Positions 1-9,992 of a stretch of 64,000 nt of DNA are shown here, piece by piece. Below the pieces are notes generated by a model. It did no database searches. It was not told the DNA's origin and saw only the letters and a list, made by a program, of their open reading frames with translations. Each line of letters begins with the position of its first letter. The first letter of the stretch is position 1. The position numbers were made by a program, and so were the translations under genes. The stretch spans positions 13,144 to 77,143 of the forward strand of contig JAHBZF010000002.1 in assembly GCA_019635575.1 (NCBI GenBank). The letters are read 5' to 3'. The stretch comes from Pseudolabrys sp. GTDB taxonomy: Bacteria > Pseudomonadota > Alphaproteobacteria > Rhizobiales > Xanthobacteraceae.

Positions 1-208
1 AACCATGCAGCGTTAATCGTCGCCGTCGTCTCCCAGTCGAACCACGTCCCGACGATCCAGCTATCGCCAGTCCGTGCGCGGCCACAGGGTTCAAACCGCC
101 AACACCCGCCCCGCTTGGCTCGCCCTCGCGTGACGCCGTCTCGCTGGACCTCGCTTGGTCCGCCCTCCCGACTTGACTCCGCGGGAGGGCTCCGGCCATC
201 ATTCTCAC

Positions 209-961
209 ATGAAAGACAACGTCTTCTATTCGAGGACTCCCACAGCGAGCAAAGTGCGCCCGCTCTCGTCCGTTTTGAAGACGCTCGGCCTCATCGACAT
301 CATCGCCCGGCAGGACAAGCCGGCGCGCCTCGCCGATATCGCCCGCGCCGCCGGCATGGGCCGTGGCGCCGCGCACCAGAAGCTGGTCACGCTGGCGCAA
401 GCCGGCTGGATCGAGCATGCCGAGAACGGCTATCGCCTCTCGCTGCATGCCGCGCGCATCGGCAGTTCGGCGCTCGAACAGGCGAGCCTCGGCGAGCGCG
501 TCGTACCGTTCCTCGAGGATCTGGTGGCAGACAGCCGGGAAACCGCGTCGCTCGCCGTGATCACCGGCGATGCCGCGTGCATCGTTCAGCGCGTCGAATC
601 CGTCGGCGTGTTGCGCGCGGAACTGCGGATCGGTGCGATGCTGGACCTGCCCAACAGCGCGTCCGGGCGCGTGCTCGTCGCCTTCGCCAAGGACAACCAG
701 CTTGAGGAATGGCGCAAGCGCAAGATCGCGCTGCCTGACGCAAAAATGATCGCGCAGGTGCAGCGCGAGAAATTCGCGAACTCCAGTGGCCTGTCCTACG
801 AAGGCGTGCGCGCCATCGCCGCGCCGATCTTCGACGAACGGCAGCAATGCGTCGCCGCGCTGTCGCTGGTCGGCCCGCTGCCGCGCTTCAACGGCGGCAA
901 GCTGCGCCCGCATCTGGAGCGCGCCGCGGCGCGCATCACCGCGCATATCGGCGGCCGATGA
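209..961 (+). CDS. IclR family transcriptional regulator
   Basis: N-terminal HTH (SVLKTLGLID...LADIARAAGMGRGAAHQKLVTL) and IclR effector-domain motifs (SASGRVLVAF, VRAIAAPIFD...AALSLVGP). Start trimmed to ATG 209. Confidence 0.9.
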   Translation: MKDNVFYSRTPTASKVRPLSSVLKTLGLIDIIARQDKPARLADIARAAGMGRGAAHQKLVTLAQAGWIEHAENGYRLSLHAARIGSSALEQASLGERVVPFLEDLVADSRETASLAVITGDAACIVQRVESVGVLRAELRIGAMLDLPNSASGRVLVAFAKDNQLEEWRKRKIALPDAKMIAQVQREKFANSSGLSYEGVRAIAAPIFDERQQCVAALSLVGPLPRFNGGKLRPHLERAAARITAHIGGR

Positions 962-974
962 TCGGGAACCTGGC

Positions 975-2696
975 ATGACCCACCCTCAGACCATCGCGCT
1001 TGACGACGCGCCGCCACAGATGCGCCCGCCCGCCGTGCTGATGCAATCCGCGACGCTCGCGGCGCTGCAGCCGTGCCGGATCAGCGCCTCCCGCGCACTG
1101 CTCGTGCGCGCCATCCGCGAGCGCTGGCGCATCACCCGGCGCGCGTTCGATCTCGACGAGACGGCGCGCGGCTCCGCGTTCTATCGCATCGAGACGCCGG
1201 ACCGCGTGTTCGATTTTCCGGTCTACTCGTTCGCGTTCTCGCCCAAGGGCCGCACCGGCCGCATCATCGGCCGTTCGTGGGACATGATGGCGGCGCTGGT
1301 CGAAGGCGAGATGAGCGCCGACGACATCGCCACCACCGGCGTCGAACTGCCGAAGCTCTACGAGGGCCGCGCTACGCCCGGCACCTTGATCTGGTGCCGG
1401 TCGAACCGCTCGTCGCGCGCCTTCAATCATACCGTCGAACGGCTCGCCGCCGGACAACAACCGGACGTCGCGACCATCGGCCAGGTCTGCTACCTGATGC
1501 GCAACACCGGCCTCGACGGCAACGGCACGTTCGGCACGCGCGCGTTTCGCGCGCTGGAGGCCGATCATCCGCTGCGCACCGCCCTCTCGGCGCAAATGCT
1601 GTGCACTTACATGATGCGCGTATTCGCGCAGGATCTGGTCGAGCATCTGGCGCGCTGCCGCGCGCCGGACACCGCCGTGCCGCTGGCGCCGGAGATCGCG
1701 CGCTATCTCGGCGTCGGCAACGGCTCGGCGCTCGGCCTCATTCTGTTCGTCAACAATCATCCGCAACTGATCGACCGCTGGCTGCACGCGCGGGAAACCG
1801 CGCTGGCGGCGGCGAAATCCCTGCCGGTTGCAGCCAATGATGCGCGGATCGGCGAGTTGTCACGGCTGATCGCGCGCGCGGTCCGTTTCCGGGAACAGGA
1901 CAGCGTGCGCTATGATGCGCTCATTCCCAGCGCGCAAATCGCCGCCGAATTGCGCGGCGTGCAGCAGACGGTGCAAAACCTGTTCGACACGGGATTGGTC
2001 GAAGGCCGGCGCGCACGTTATCCGCTGGCGGCGCTGTGCGATCATCTTGCTCCGCGTGTCGCGGCGGAAACACTGGAGACGCTGCACGCGCTGCTGATCG
2101 AGCTGGTGCCCGACACCGCCGATGCGTTGGCGGAAACGCTGGTGGTGGACGAGGAAACCGTCACGCAACCCGAGATGACGGTCGGCCGTCTGCGGCAGAT
2201 CGTCGAAACCGAATACCGCTGGGCGCTGGACATCGACATGGCGGCGCCGGGCGCGCAGCGTTTCGTCTGGTACAAATCGGTCAACGCCGAGGAGCCGCGG
2301 CGCGGCCCGCTCGACGAGATTCCCTGGGCGTTCAATCTCGGCCTCGACATCCCGACGCTGGCGCAAACCCTGCACGCGGCGCTCGCCGCGTTCGGTGACA
2401 CCGCACCAGTGGCGCGGCTGCTGCTGGCGCGGCCGGATCTGCGCGCTTTCATCGCGCGGGTGCAGACGTTATCCGGCTTGCCCTATCATTCACCGATCAT
2501 GAACATCATGGGCGATGGGTTCGTACCGATCGACATGGTGCGGCTGATGAATGTGGCAATCCACGGCATCGACAAGACGCGCGATTACCTCAACCGCAAT
2601 CTGCGCGGCGTGCTCTATCATGGCGCACCATTGCCGGACGAGATCGCCACCGGCACCAGCGCCGACTGGTTCTGGCCGGAAGCACCCGCAACATGA
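975..2696 (+). CDS. Conserved hypothetical protein, 573 aa, unknown function
   Basis: Long ORF with host-like codon bias whose stop overlaps the next start (ATGA). Conserved-looking blocks: RSNRSSRAFNHTVERLAAGQQPD, YLMRNTGLDGNGTFG, LGVGNGSALG, FVWYKSVNAEEPRRG. Confidence 0.85.
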   Translation: MTHPQTIALDDAPPQMRPPAVLMQSATLAALQPCRISASRALLVRAIRERWRITRRAFDLDETARGSAFYRIETPDRVFDFPVYSFAFSPKGRTGRIIGRSWDMMAALVEGEMSADDIATTGVELPKLYEGRATPGTLIWCRSNRSSRAFNHTVERLAAGQQPDVATIGQVCYLMRNTGLDGNGTFGTRAFRALEADHPLRTALSAQMLCTYMMRVFAQDLVEHLARCRAPDTAVPLAPEIARYLGVGNGSALGLILFVNNHPQLIDRWLHARETALAAAKSLPVAANDARIGELSRLIARAVRFREQDSVRYDALIPSAQIAAELRGVQQTVQNLFDTGLVEGRRARYPLAALCDHLAPRVAAETLETLHALLIELVPDTADALAETLVVDEETVTQPEMTVGRLRQIVETEYRWALDIDMAAPGAQRFVWYKSVNAEEPRRGPLDEIPWAFNLGLDIPTLAQTLHAALAAFGDTAPVARLLLARPDLRAFIARVQTLSGLPYHSPIMNIMGDGFVPIDMVRLMNVAIHGIDKTRDYLNRNLRGVLYHGAPLPDEIATGTSADWFWPEAPAT

Positions 2697-3400
2697 CCAT
2701 GCCCGACACCGATCGCAGCATCACGCTCTCCGTGCGGGAAACCCGCATGATCGTCGAGCGCATCCTGCTCTCGCTCGGTCTGACGGCCGGACTGGTGCCC
2801 GCGATCAGCAACGCCATTCTCTATTCGCAAACGATCGGATTGTCCGGTTTGGCCGGTTTCGAGCGCGCCATCGATGCACTGAAAGCCGCGCAGCTTGATG
2901 CGATCCGGATGGTCGATGACAAAAAACTCGATGCCGGCGGCCAGCATGCCTGGCTGCTCGCCGACGACGCGCTCGACCTCGCGCTGGCGCAATACCGGAT
3001 GCACGGCGCGAGCGAGATCACCGTCTCGCGGGTTGCGGATGCCGCGGAGCTGCGCGTCATCGCCGCGCTGGCGGAGCGCCATCGCGCACGCGCCACGGTT
3101 GAACTGACCCGCGACGGCGCGACCATCCGGATTACCGCCGACCGCCTGCCCGGCCCCGATCCGATCATGGACACGGCGCTGCGCGACGGCCTGACGGTGC
3201 CGCACGCGCTGTGGCGCGCGCTGTACGATCGCTCCGCCGATGCGCTCACGCCGGACTCCATCGAGTCGCGCCGCCATGCCGGCCCGGTGATGGTCGACGC
3301 GGAAGGGCGCGTGCACGGCCGCGATGACGACGACACGGATTTCGAACTTCTGCTCGGTCAGCCGGGCGTCAAGACCGACGAGAGGACCAATGCTGATTGA
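2693..3400 (+). CDS. DUF3726-like hypothetical protein
   Basis: Translationally coupled to both neighbours. The N-terminal LSVRE and C-terminal LWRALY..ALTPDSIESRRHAG resemble DUF3726 proteins (from memory). Confidence 0.65.
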   Translation: MTMPDTDRSITLSVRETRMIVERILLSLGLTAGLVPAISNAILYSQTIGLSGLAGFERAIDALKAAQLDAIRMVDDKKLDAGGQHAWLLADDALDLALAQYRMHGASEITVSRVADAAELRVIAALAERHRARATVELTRDGATIRITADRLPGPDPIMDTALRDGLTVPHALWRALYDRSADALTPDSIESRRHAGPVMVDAEGRVHGRDDDDTDFELLLGQPGVKTDERTNAD

Positions 3401-4397
3401 CGGATTGCAATGCGGTCATTTCGACCGCGCGGTGCTCGAGCAACTCAACGCCGCCGGCGTCGGCTGCGTCACGATCACGCTCGGCTTCTGGGAAGGCGCG
3501 ATCCAGGCGATGGAAGCCGTTGGCCGGTGGCGCGACCTCGAGCGCGAGAATGCCGACGTCATGGGCATCGCCTATAACGCCGCGCAGATCGAGGCGATCC
3601 ACAAGTCCGGGCGCATCGCCGTGCTGCTCGGATTCCAGAATGCCACGCTGTTCGACAGCCGCATCCGCTTCGTGGAATTGTTCGCCGACATGGGCGTGCG
3701 CTGCGTGCAGCTCACCTACAACAACCAGAACGACTACGGCGGCTCCTGCTACGAGGCAGAGGATTCCGGCCTGTCGCGGTTTGGCCGCGAGCTGGTGCTG
3801 GAGATGAACCGCGCCGGCATCCTCGTCGACCTGTCGCATGTCGGTAATCGCACCACGCTCGATGCGGTCAAGTATTCCAAGAAACCGGTGGCTGTGACGC
3901 ATGCCAACGCGGATTCGCTGTTCCCGCACAAGCGCAACAAGACCGACGACGTGCTGCGCGCGCTGAAGGACAATGGCGGCGTCATCGGCTGCGCCTGCTA
4001 TCGCAACATCACCGGCGACGATTACTGCTCGACGGTGGACCGCTGGTGCGACATGATCAAGCGCACGGTGGACATCGCCGGGATCGACCATGTCGCCATC
4101 GGCACCGACCGCAGCCACCATCATGGTCCGCGCGACTATGACTGGATGCGCCGGGGACAATGGACGCGCGGCATCGATTACGGCGCCGGCTCCGCGGCGC
4201 GGCCGGGCAAGGTGCCGCCCGCCGACTGGTTCCAGGAGCTGTCGGGGATCGGCACCGTCGAGCCGGCGCTGCGCCGCGCAGGCTTCAGCGATGCGGAGGC
4301 GGACAAGATCGCCAACGGAAACTGGCTGCGGGTTTATCGCGCCGTGTTCGGGGATGGGGCCGGACCGGCGACGCCGAAAGCCAAAGCGATCGCGTGA
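3390..4397 (+). CDS. Membrane dipeptidase (peptidase M19) family amidohydrolase
   Basis: QLTYNNQN, GLSRFGRELVLEMNRAGILVDLSH, THAN...HKRNKTD, GIDHVAIGTD, GNWLRV. AGAGGA RBS before ATG 3390. Confidence 0.92.
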   Translation: MLIDGLQCGHFDRAVLEQLNAAGVGCVTITLGFWEGAIQAMEAVGRWRDLERENADVMGIAYNAAQIEAIHKSGRIAVLLGFQNATLFDSRIRFVELFADMGVRCVQLTYNNQNDYGGSCYEAEDSGLSRFGRELVLEMNRAGILVDLSHVGNRTTLDAVKYSKKPVAVTHANADSLFPHKRNKTDDVLRALKDNGGVIGCACYRNITGDDYCSTVDRWCDMIKRTVDIAGIDHVAIGTDRSHHHGPRDYDWMRRGQWTRGIDYGAGSAARPGKVPPADWFQELSGIGTVEPALRRAGFSDAEADKIANGNWLRVYRAVFGDGAGPATPKAKAIA

Positions 4398-4429
4398 GAC
4401 GACAGAACGACAACATCGGAGGGAACATC

Positions 4430-5485
4430 ATGACTGCGCGTATTCCGGTTACCCGTCGCACCCTCGTCAAGGGCGCGCTCGGCGGCACGGCCCTGATCGC
4501 GGCACCCTGGGTGCGGCGCGTCGATGCGGCGGAGGTGCTGTACGTCAACACCTGGGGCGGCGCCTGGGAAGCGGCGGCGAAGAAAAACATCTTCGAGCCG
4601 TTCACCAAGGAAACCGGCGTCGAGATCCGCACCGTGTCGCCGGTGTCGGTCGCCAAGCTTGCCGCGCAGGCGCGCACCGGCGTCTATGAGTTCGACGTCA
4701 CCACCCTCGGCGGCGGCGATATCGTGCGCGCCAACAAGGCGGGCATCATCGAGCCGATCAACGACAAGGCCGCGGCCGATATGGGCCTGTGGAAGGATGC
4801 CGTGTTCCAGAACGGCGTCGCCTCGCACGCCTTCGCCACGGTGATCGCCTATCGCACCGATAAATTCCCGAACGGCGGCCCGAAGAACTGGGCCGAGTTC
4901 TGGGACACCAAGAAATTCCCCGGCACGCGCTGCCTGCAGAAATATGCGGCGCGGATCATTCCGATCGCGCTGCTCGCCGACGGCGTGCCGATGGACAAGC
5001 TCTATCCGCTCGATGTCGAGCGCGCGTTCAAGTCGCTGGAACGGATCAAGCCGTCGATCCGCGTCTGGTGGACGCAGGGCCCGCAGTCGCAGCAATTGCT
5101 GCGCGACGGAGAGATCGACCTGATCGGCATCTGGAACGGCCGCATCCTCGAACTGATGGACCAGAAGGCACCCGCCGCCATCGAATGGAATCAGGCGGAA
5201 ATCGATCGTGCTTACTGGGTCATCGCCAAGGGCACGCCGCGCGCGGAGCTGGCGCGGAAATATATCAAGACCGCGGTGTCGGCGACCGCACTCGCCGGCT
5301 TCTGCAAGTCGGCCGACTACGGCCCGCTCAATCCGGAGGCGTTCAAGGTCATCCCGGAGAACGAGGCGAAGCGGATGCCGACCTATCCGCCGCATTACAA
5401 GCTGGCCTTCGAGCAGGACGTGCTCAATGCCGGCATCGACTTCGATGCGGTGACAAAACGCTTCGATCAATGGCTGGCGAGCTGA
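4430..5485 (+). CDS. ABC transporter substrate-binding protein, PotD/PotF-like, Tat signal
   Basis: TRRTLVKG twin-arginine signal. NTWGG, PKNWAEFWDTKKFPG, LLADGVP..LYPLDVERAF, WNGR. GGAGGG RBS. Confidence 0.9.
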   Translation: MTARIPVTRRTLVKGALGGTALIAAPWVRRVDAAEVLYVNTWGGAWEAAAKKNIFEPFTKETGVEIRTVSPVSVAKLAAQARTGVYEFDVTTLGGGDIVRANKAGIIEPINDKAAADMGLWKDAVFQNGVASHAFATVIAYRTDKFPNGGPKNWAEFWDTKKFPGTRCLQKYAARIIPIALLADGVPMDKLYPLDVERAFKSLERIKPSIRVWWTQGPQSQQLLRDGEIDLIGIWNGRILELMDQKAPAAIEWNQAEIDRAYWVIAKGTPRAELARKYIKTAVSATALAGFCKSADYGPLNPEAFKVIPENEAKRMPTYPPHYKLAFEQDVLNAGIDFDAVTKRFDQWLAS

Positions 5486-5540
5486 TGCGGGACGCGGGCG
5501 CCGGGGATCATTGTCGCTCCCCGGCCCGCGCGGTTCATCC

Positions 5541-6386
5541 ATGACGCCGCTGAACAGCACGCCGCATCGTCCGGACCGGCTGGCGCTCATCCTGCTGGCG
5601 CCGCTGCTGCTATTCCTGGTCGTGTTCTTTCTCGTGCCGCTCGGCGAAGTGATGTGGATGAGCATCACCGAACCGAGCTTCGGCTTCGGTCACTACGGCA
5701 AGGTGTTGCTCGATCCGCATTACCGCCGCGTCGTCCTCGACACGCTCGGCACGTCGCTGCTGGTCACGACCGTCTGCGTGCTGCTCGCCTATCCGCTCGC
5801 CTATGTGACGGCGCAGATCGGCGGCACGATCGGCGCCGTGCTGCTGATGCTGGTCGCCATGAGCTTCTGGACCAGCTTCCTGGTCCGCACCTACGCCTGG
5901 ATGATCATCCTCGGCAATCGCGGCCCGGTCTCGGAGCTTTTGAAAACCGCCGGCTGGGATCCGCCGCCGCTGATGCTGTTCACGCGGTTCAGCTCGACGG
6001 TCGCGCTCACGCATATCCTGCTGCCGATCATGGTGATGGCGCTCTATGCGGTGATGCGCAAGATCGACCTCAACATCATGAAGGCCGCGTCGAGCCTCGG
6101 CGCCACGCCGTTCTCCGCATTCCGCAACGTCTATTTCCCATTGAGCGCGCCCGGCATTGTCTCCGGCTCGACCATCGTCTTCGTGCTGTGCATCGGCTTC
6201 TACGTGACACCGGTGCTGATCGGCAGCCCGCGCGAACAGATGATCTCCGGCATGATCGGCGCGCAGATCGAGGAATTCCTCGCCTTCGGCGAGGCTTCCG
6301 CCATGGCCATGGTGCTGCTGGTCGTCACCGTGGCGATCCTCGCGGTCTATCACCGCTTCTTCGGCCTCGACAAGTTGTGGGGTTGA
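5541..6386 (+). CDS. ABC transporter permease (PotB-like)
   Basis: Multiple TM helices, LLAYPLAY, SFLVRTYAW, EAA-type loop KAASSLGA. Confidence 0.9.
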   Translation: MTPLNSTPHRPDRLALILLAPLLLFLVVFFLVPLGEVMWMSITEPSFGFGHYGKVLLDPHYRRVVLDTLGTSLLVTTVCVLLAYPLAYVTAQIGGTIGAVLLMLVAMSFWTSFLVRTYAWMIILGNRGPVSELLKTAGWDPPPLMLFTRFSSTVALTHILLPIMVMALYAVMRKIDLNIMKAASSLGATPFSAFRNVYFPLSAPGIVSGSTIVFVLCIGFYVTPVLIGSPREQMISGMIGAQIEEFLAFGEASAMAMVLLVVTVAILAVYHRFFGLDKLWG

Positions 6387-6391
6387 GCGCG

Positions 6392-7171
6392 ATGCGACCC
6401 ACCATGATCCTGCTCGGGATAGCCGTCGCGGTCTTCGTCGCGCTGCCGATTTTCATCGTGCTGCCGATGTCGTTCTCCACCTCGCCGTCGCTGGCGTTTC
6501 CGCCACCCGGCTACTGGCTCGGCCATTACGCGCATTTCTTCCGCGATCCGACATGGACCGGACCGCTGATCAACAGTTTCATCGTCGCCACCGGCACAAC
6601 GTTGCTGACCATGCTCCTGGTCACGCCGGCCGCCTTCACGATGACGCGGCATGATTTTCGCGGCAAATCGGCGATCAATGTGCTGCTGCTGACGCCGGTG
6701 ATCGTGCCGCACATCGTCATCGCCGTCGGTTACTTCACTTACTTTGCCAAGCTCGGGCTGCTGCAGACCTATCTCGGCGTGATCCTCGCGCATACGTGCC
6801 TGACCAGCCCGCTTGCCTTCCTGACCGTCTCCGCCGGTCTCAAGGGTCTCGACCGCAACTACGAACGCGCGGCGCAAAGCCTCGGCGCGCCGCCGATCGT
6901 CGCCTTCTTCGTCGTCACCCTGCCGGTGCTGCGCGCGGCGTTCCTCGTCTCGGCGCTGCTTGCCTTCGTGCATTCGTTCGACGAAACCACGGTCGCCCTG
7001 TTCATCTCCGGCCGCGACGTCGCGACCCTGCCGAAACGCATGTTCGACGCCATCCGGTTGCAGGCCGACCCGGTCCTGTCGGTCGCGGCCACGTTGCTGT
7101 TCGGCGTCGTGCTGGTCGTTTTCGCCGCGTCCTTCCTGCGTAAATTCTTCAAGGCGGGAATCTCCCGATGA
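6392..7171 (+). CDS. ABC transporter permease (PotC-like)
   Basis: TM helices, FPPPGYWL, ERAAQSLGA, SFDE...TLP. Confidence 0.9.
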   Translation: MRPTMILLGIAVAVFVALPIFIVLPMSFSTSPSLAFPPPGYWLGHYAHFFRDPTWTGPLINSFIVATGTTLLTMLLVTPAAFTMTRHDFRGKSAINVLLLTPVIVPHIVIAVGYFTYFAKLGLLQTYLGVILAHTCLTSPLAFLTVSAGLKGLDRNYERAAQSLGAPPIVAFFVVTLPVLRAAFLVSALLAFVHSFDETTVALFISGRDVATLPKRMFDAIRLQADPVLSVAATLLFGVVLVVFAASFLRKFFKAGISR

Positions 7172-8220
7172 GCTATCTCTCGCTGCAAAATCTCCGCAAG
7201 CATTACGGCGGCAAGACCTTCGCCGTGGACGACGTGTCGCTCGACATCGAGAAGGGCGAATTCGTCACCTTCCTTGGGCCGTCCGGCTCCGGCAAGACGA
7301 CGACGCTGATGATGATCGCCGGCTTCGAGCAGCCGACCAGCGGGCATATCGCGCTCGCCGGACGCGCCATCGATCCGGTGCCGCCGCATAAGCGCAATAT
7401 CGGCGTCGTGTTCCAGAACTACGCGCTGTTTCCACACATGTCGGTGGCGCGCAATGTCGGCTTCCCGCTGCGCATGCGCGGCGTGCCGAAAGCGGAGATC
7501 GCCGCGCGTGTCGCCAAGATGCTGGCGATCGTCGAGCTTGGCGCGTTTGCCGACGCCGAACCGCGGCGGCTGTCCGGCGGCCAGCAGCAGCGCGTCGCTT
7601 TGGCGCGCGCGCTGGTGTTCGAGCCGGATGTGCTGCTGCTCGACGAGCCGCTCGGCGCGCTCGACAAGAATCTGCGCGAGCAGATGCAGATCGAAATCCG
7701 GCGCATCCACCGCGAACTGGGCGTGACGACCATCTATGTCACCCACGACCAGACCGAAGCGATGACCATGTCCGACCGCATCGTCGTGTTCAACGGCGGC
7801 AAGGTGGAGCAGGTCGATGCGCCGCTCGCGCTCTATCGACGGCCGAACACACCGTTCGTCGCCGGCTTCGTCGGCGACAACAACGTGCTCGACGCCACGC
7901 ATGCGGGCGGCGGGCGGATCGAGCTTCCCGGCATCGGCCCGATCGCGGCCGCGCTTCCCTCTGGCTGCCCGACTGGACCGCTCAAGATCGCCCTGCGCCC
8001 GGAATCGATCCGGCTTGCCACCGCGAGCGACGCACCGGCCTTCGCGGTGCAGGGCATCGTCAATTATGGCGACAGCGTCGTGCTGGTCGGTGCGCTCGGG
8101 ACCGTGCCGCTGAAAATCCGCCTGCCGGCGGTGGCGGCGTCGAACCTGACAGTCGGGCAGACCCTGCGGATCGAATGGTCTCCGGACGCCGTGCATGTGA
8201 TCGGCGCATCCGCCGGCTGA
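7168..8220 (+). CDS. ABC transporter ATP-binding protein (PotA-like)
   Basis: Walker A GPSGSGKT, LSGGQQQR, LLLDEP, VTHDQ, C-terminal TOBE-like region. Confidence 0.95.
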   Translation: MSYLSLQNLRKHYGGKTFAVDDVSLDIEKGEFVTFLGPSGSGKTTTLMMIAGFEQPTSGHIALAGRAIDPVPPHKRNIGVVFQNYALFPHMSVARNVGFPLRMRGVPKAEIAARVAKMLAIVELGAFADAEPRRLSGGQQQRVALARALVFEPDVLLLDEPLGALDKNLREQMQIEIRRIHRELGVTTIYVTHDQTEAMTMSDRIVVFNGGKVEQVDAPLALYRRPNTPFVAGFVGDNNVLDATHAGGGRIELPGIGPIAAALPSGCPTGPLKIALRPESIRLATASDAPAFAVQGIVNYGDSVVLVGALGTVPLKIRLPAVAASNLTVGQTLRIEWSPDAVHVIGASAG

Positions 8221-8293
8221 TTCCGCGCAGGCGGCGCCGCGCTGCTGGCGCCGGATTGAGCATCCTGCATGGCCACCTGCCGCCTCGATGCGC

Positions 8294-8326
8294 TTGACAA
8301 ATGTGTGATCACAACATGAGATCACT
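8294..8326 (+). promoter_or_regulatory. Sigma70-type promoter overlapped by tandem operator (site 1)
   Basis: TTGACA at 8294-8299, palindrome TGTGATCACA at 8304-8313 and TGAGATCACT at 8317-8326. Confidence 0.75.
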
Positions 8327-8362
8327 TTTCGCCGGATCTTCTTTTTCAACCGGACTCGCGCC

Positions 8363-9163
8363 TTGACCGACGTTCCCAATATCAAGATCGACCATCTGAC
8401 GGTCCAATACCGCAGCAAGGGCAGCCTCGTGACCGCGCTGCAGGACGTCACGGTCGACATTCCGCGCCGCTCGTTCGTCAGCGTCGTCGGCCCGTCCGGC
8501 TGCGGCAAAACCACGCTGCTCAAGGTTCTCTCCGGCGTGCTCAAGCCGACCAGCGGCGAGGTGACGTTCGACGATCAGAAACTCGGCGAGGCGCGGCTCT
8601 CCGGCCGGGTCGGCTACGTGTTCCAGCGTCCGCTGCTGCTGCCATGGCGCACCGCGCTCGAGAATGTGGCGCTGACCTCCGAGATCGCGCGCAAACAAAT
8701 GTCAGCAGAAACGCGCCTGGCGGAAGCCAAGCGCTGGCTCGGGCTCGCCGGGCTCGCCGGTTTCGAGAACAAGCTGCCGCATGAACTGTCCGGCGGCATG
8801 CAGCAGCGCGTGTCGCTGTGCCGCGCGCTCGCCTTCAATCCGCCGATCCTGATGATGGACGAGCCGTTCGCCGCGCTCGACGAGATCACGCGGGAATCGA
8901 TGCAGGAAGAGCTGCTCCGGCTGTGGCAGGCGACCGAAAGCAGCGTGATCTTCATCACCCACAGCATCAGCGAGGCCGTGCTGCTGTCCGAGCGGATCAT
9001 CATCATGACCGCGCGGCCCGGCAAGGTGGAGGAAGTGCTCGACGTGCCGTTCCCGCGCCCGCGCGGCGAGGAGCTGCGCGCCAGCGCGCCGTTCAACGAG
9101 TTGGTGCAATATATCCGTCACAAGCTGCGCCAGAGCCAACTCGGGCTCGCGGGGGCCGCATGA
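8363..9163 (+). CDS. ABC transporter ATP-binding protein (TauB/SsuB/NitT family)
   Basis: GPSGCGKT, VFQRPLLLPWRT, LSGGMQQR, MMDEPF, ITHS. TTG start. Confidence 0.93.
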   Translation: MTDVPNIKIDHLTVQYRSKGSLVTALQDVTVDIPRRSFVSVVGPSGCGKTTLLKVLSGVLKPTSGEVTFDDQKLGEARLSGRVGYVFQRPLLLPWRTALENVALTSEIARKQMSAETRLAEAKRWLGLAGLAGFENKLPHELSGGMQQRVSLCRALAFNPPILMMDEPFAALDEITRESMQEELLRLWQATESSVIFITHSISEAVLLSERIIIMTARPGKVEEVLDVPFPRPRGEELRASAPFNELVQYIRHKLRQSQLGLAGAA

Positions 9164-9936
9164 TCAAGGCTATTTCGCGCGTCAGCAGCCAGATCGCGGT
9201 GTTCGTCCTGTTCTTCGTCGCGTGGGAAGTCGCGGTCGACCTCCTGCACATCAAGCCGGTGATCCTGCCCTCGCCGACGCAGATCTTCGAATCGATCATC
9301 AAGAACTGGCCCTATTTGATGAAGCACAGCGGCCCGACCGCCTTCGCGATCGGCGCCGGCTTCCTGTTCGCGGCGATCGCCGGCTTCATCATCGCGGTCG
9401 GCATCGCCTATTCGCGCTGGATCAGCGAAGTGACCTATCCGTTCCTGGTCGCGGCGCAGGTGCTGCCGAAAATCGCGCTGGCGCCGCTGTTCTTGATCTG
9501 GTTCGGCTTCGGCGTGACGCCGAAGGTGGTGATCGCCGCGCTGATCGCATTCTTCCCGATCGTCATCAATACCGCGCGCGGCCTGCAATCGGTCGATGTC
9601 GAGCTGATCCAGTACATGAAATCGCTCGGCGCGAGCTGGATGGAAATCTTCTTCAAGATCAGCCTGCCGTGGTCGCTCCCCTATATCTTTGCCTCGTTCA
9701 AGATCGCGATCACGCTGGCCGTGGTCGGGGCCGTGGTCGGCGAATTCGTCGCCTCCGACACCGGGCTTGGCTATGTCATCAGCTATGCGAATATCTCGCT
9801 CGACACCGAGCTGATGTTCGCCGGCATCTTTGTTCTGAGCGCGATCGGCGTCCTGTTCTTCCTCGCGGTCGTCCTCGCCGAGCATCTGATGATGAAATGG
9901 CAGGCCGCCATCGAGGAGACGCCGCAAACCGCCTGA
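9160..9936 (+). CDS. ABC transporter permease (TauC/SsuC family)
   Basis: ILPSP, LPKIALAPLFLIWFGFG, AVVGAVVGEF...GLG. ATGA overlap with the ATPase. Confidence 0.92.
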   Translation: MIKAISRVSSQIAVFVLFFVAWEVAVDLLHIKPVILPSPTQIFESIIKNWPYLMKHSGPTAFAIGAGFLFAAIAGFIIAVGIAYSRWISEVTYPFLVAAQVLPKIALAPLFLIWFGFGVTPKVVIAALIAFFPIVINTARGLQSVDVELIQYMKSLGASWMEIFFKISLPWSLPYIFASFKIAITLAVVGAVVGEFVASDTGLGYVISYANISLDTELMFAGIFVLSAIGVLFFLAVVLAEHLMMKWQAAIEETPQTA

Positions 9937-9992
9937 GCGTCCCGCACTCAAGATCGTACGTCGCCCTGTATCGTATCGTAACGGAGGACACT

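Noticed and set aside
1-208. Possible gene end or ncRNA at the window start
   Set aside because: Too short and lacking any recognisable motif, so it cannot be supported.
786-974. N-terminal extensions in the ORF track (786, 4160, 5654, 8818, 9222, 16474, 25323 etc.)
   Set aside because: They overlap upstream genes. Downstream starts with an RBS or stop/start coupling fit the family lengths better.
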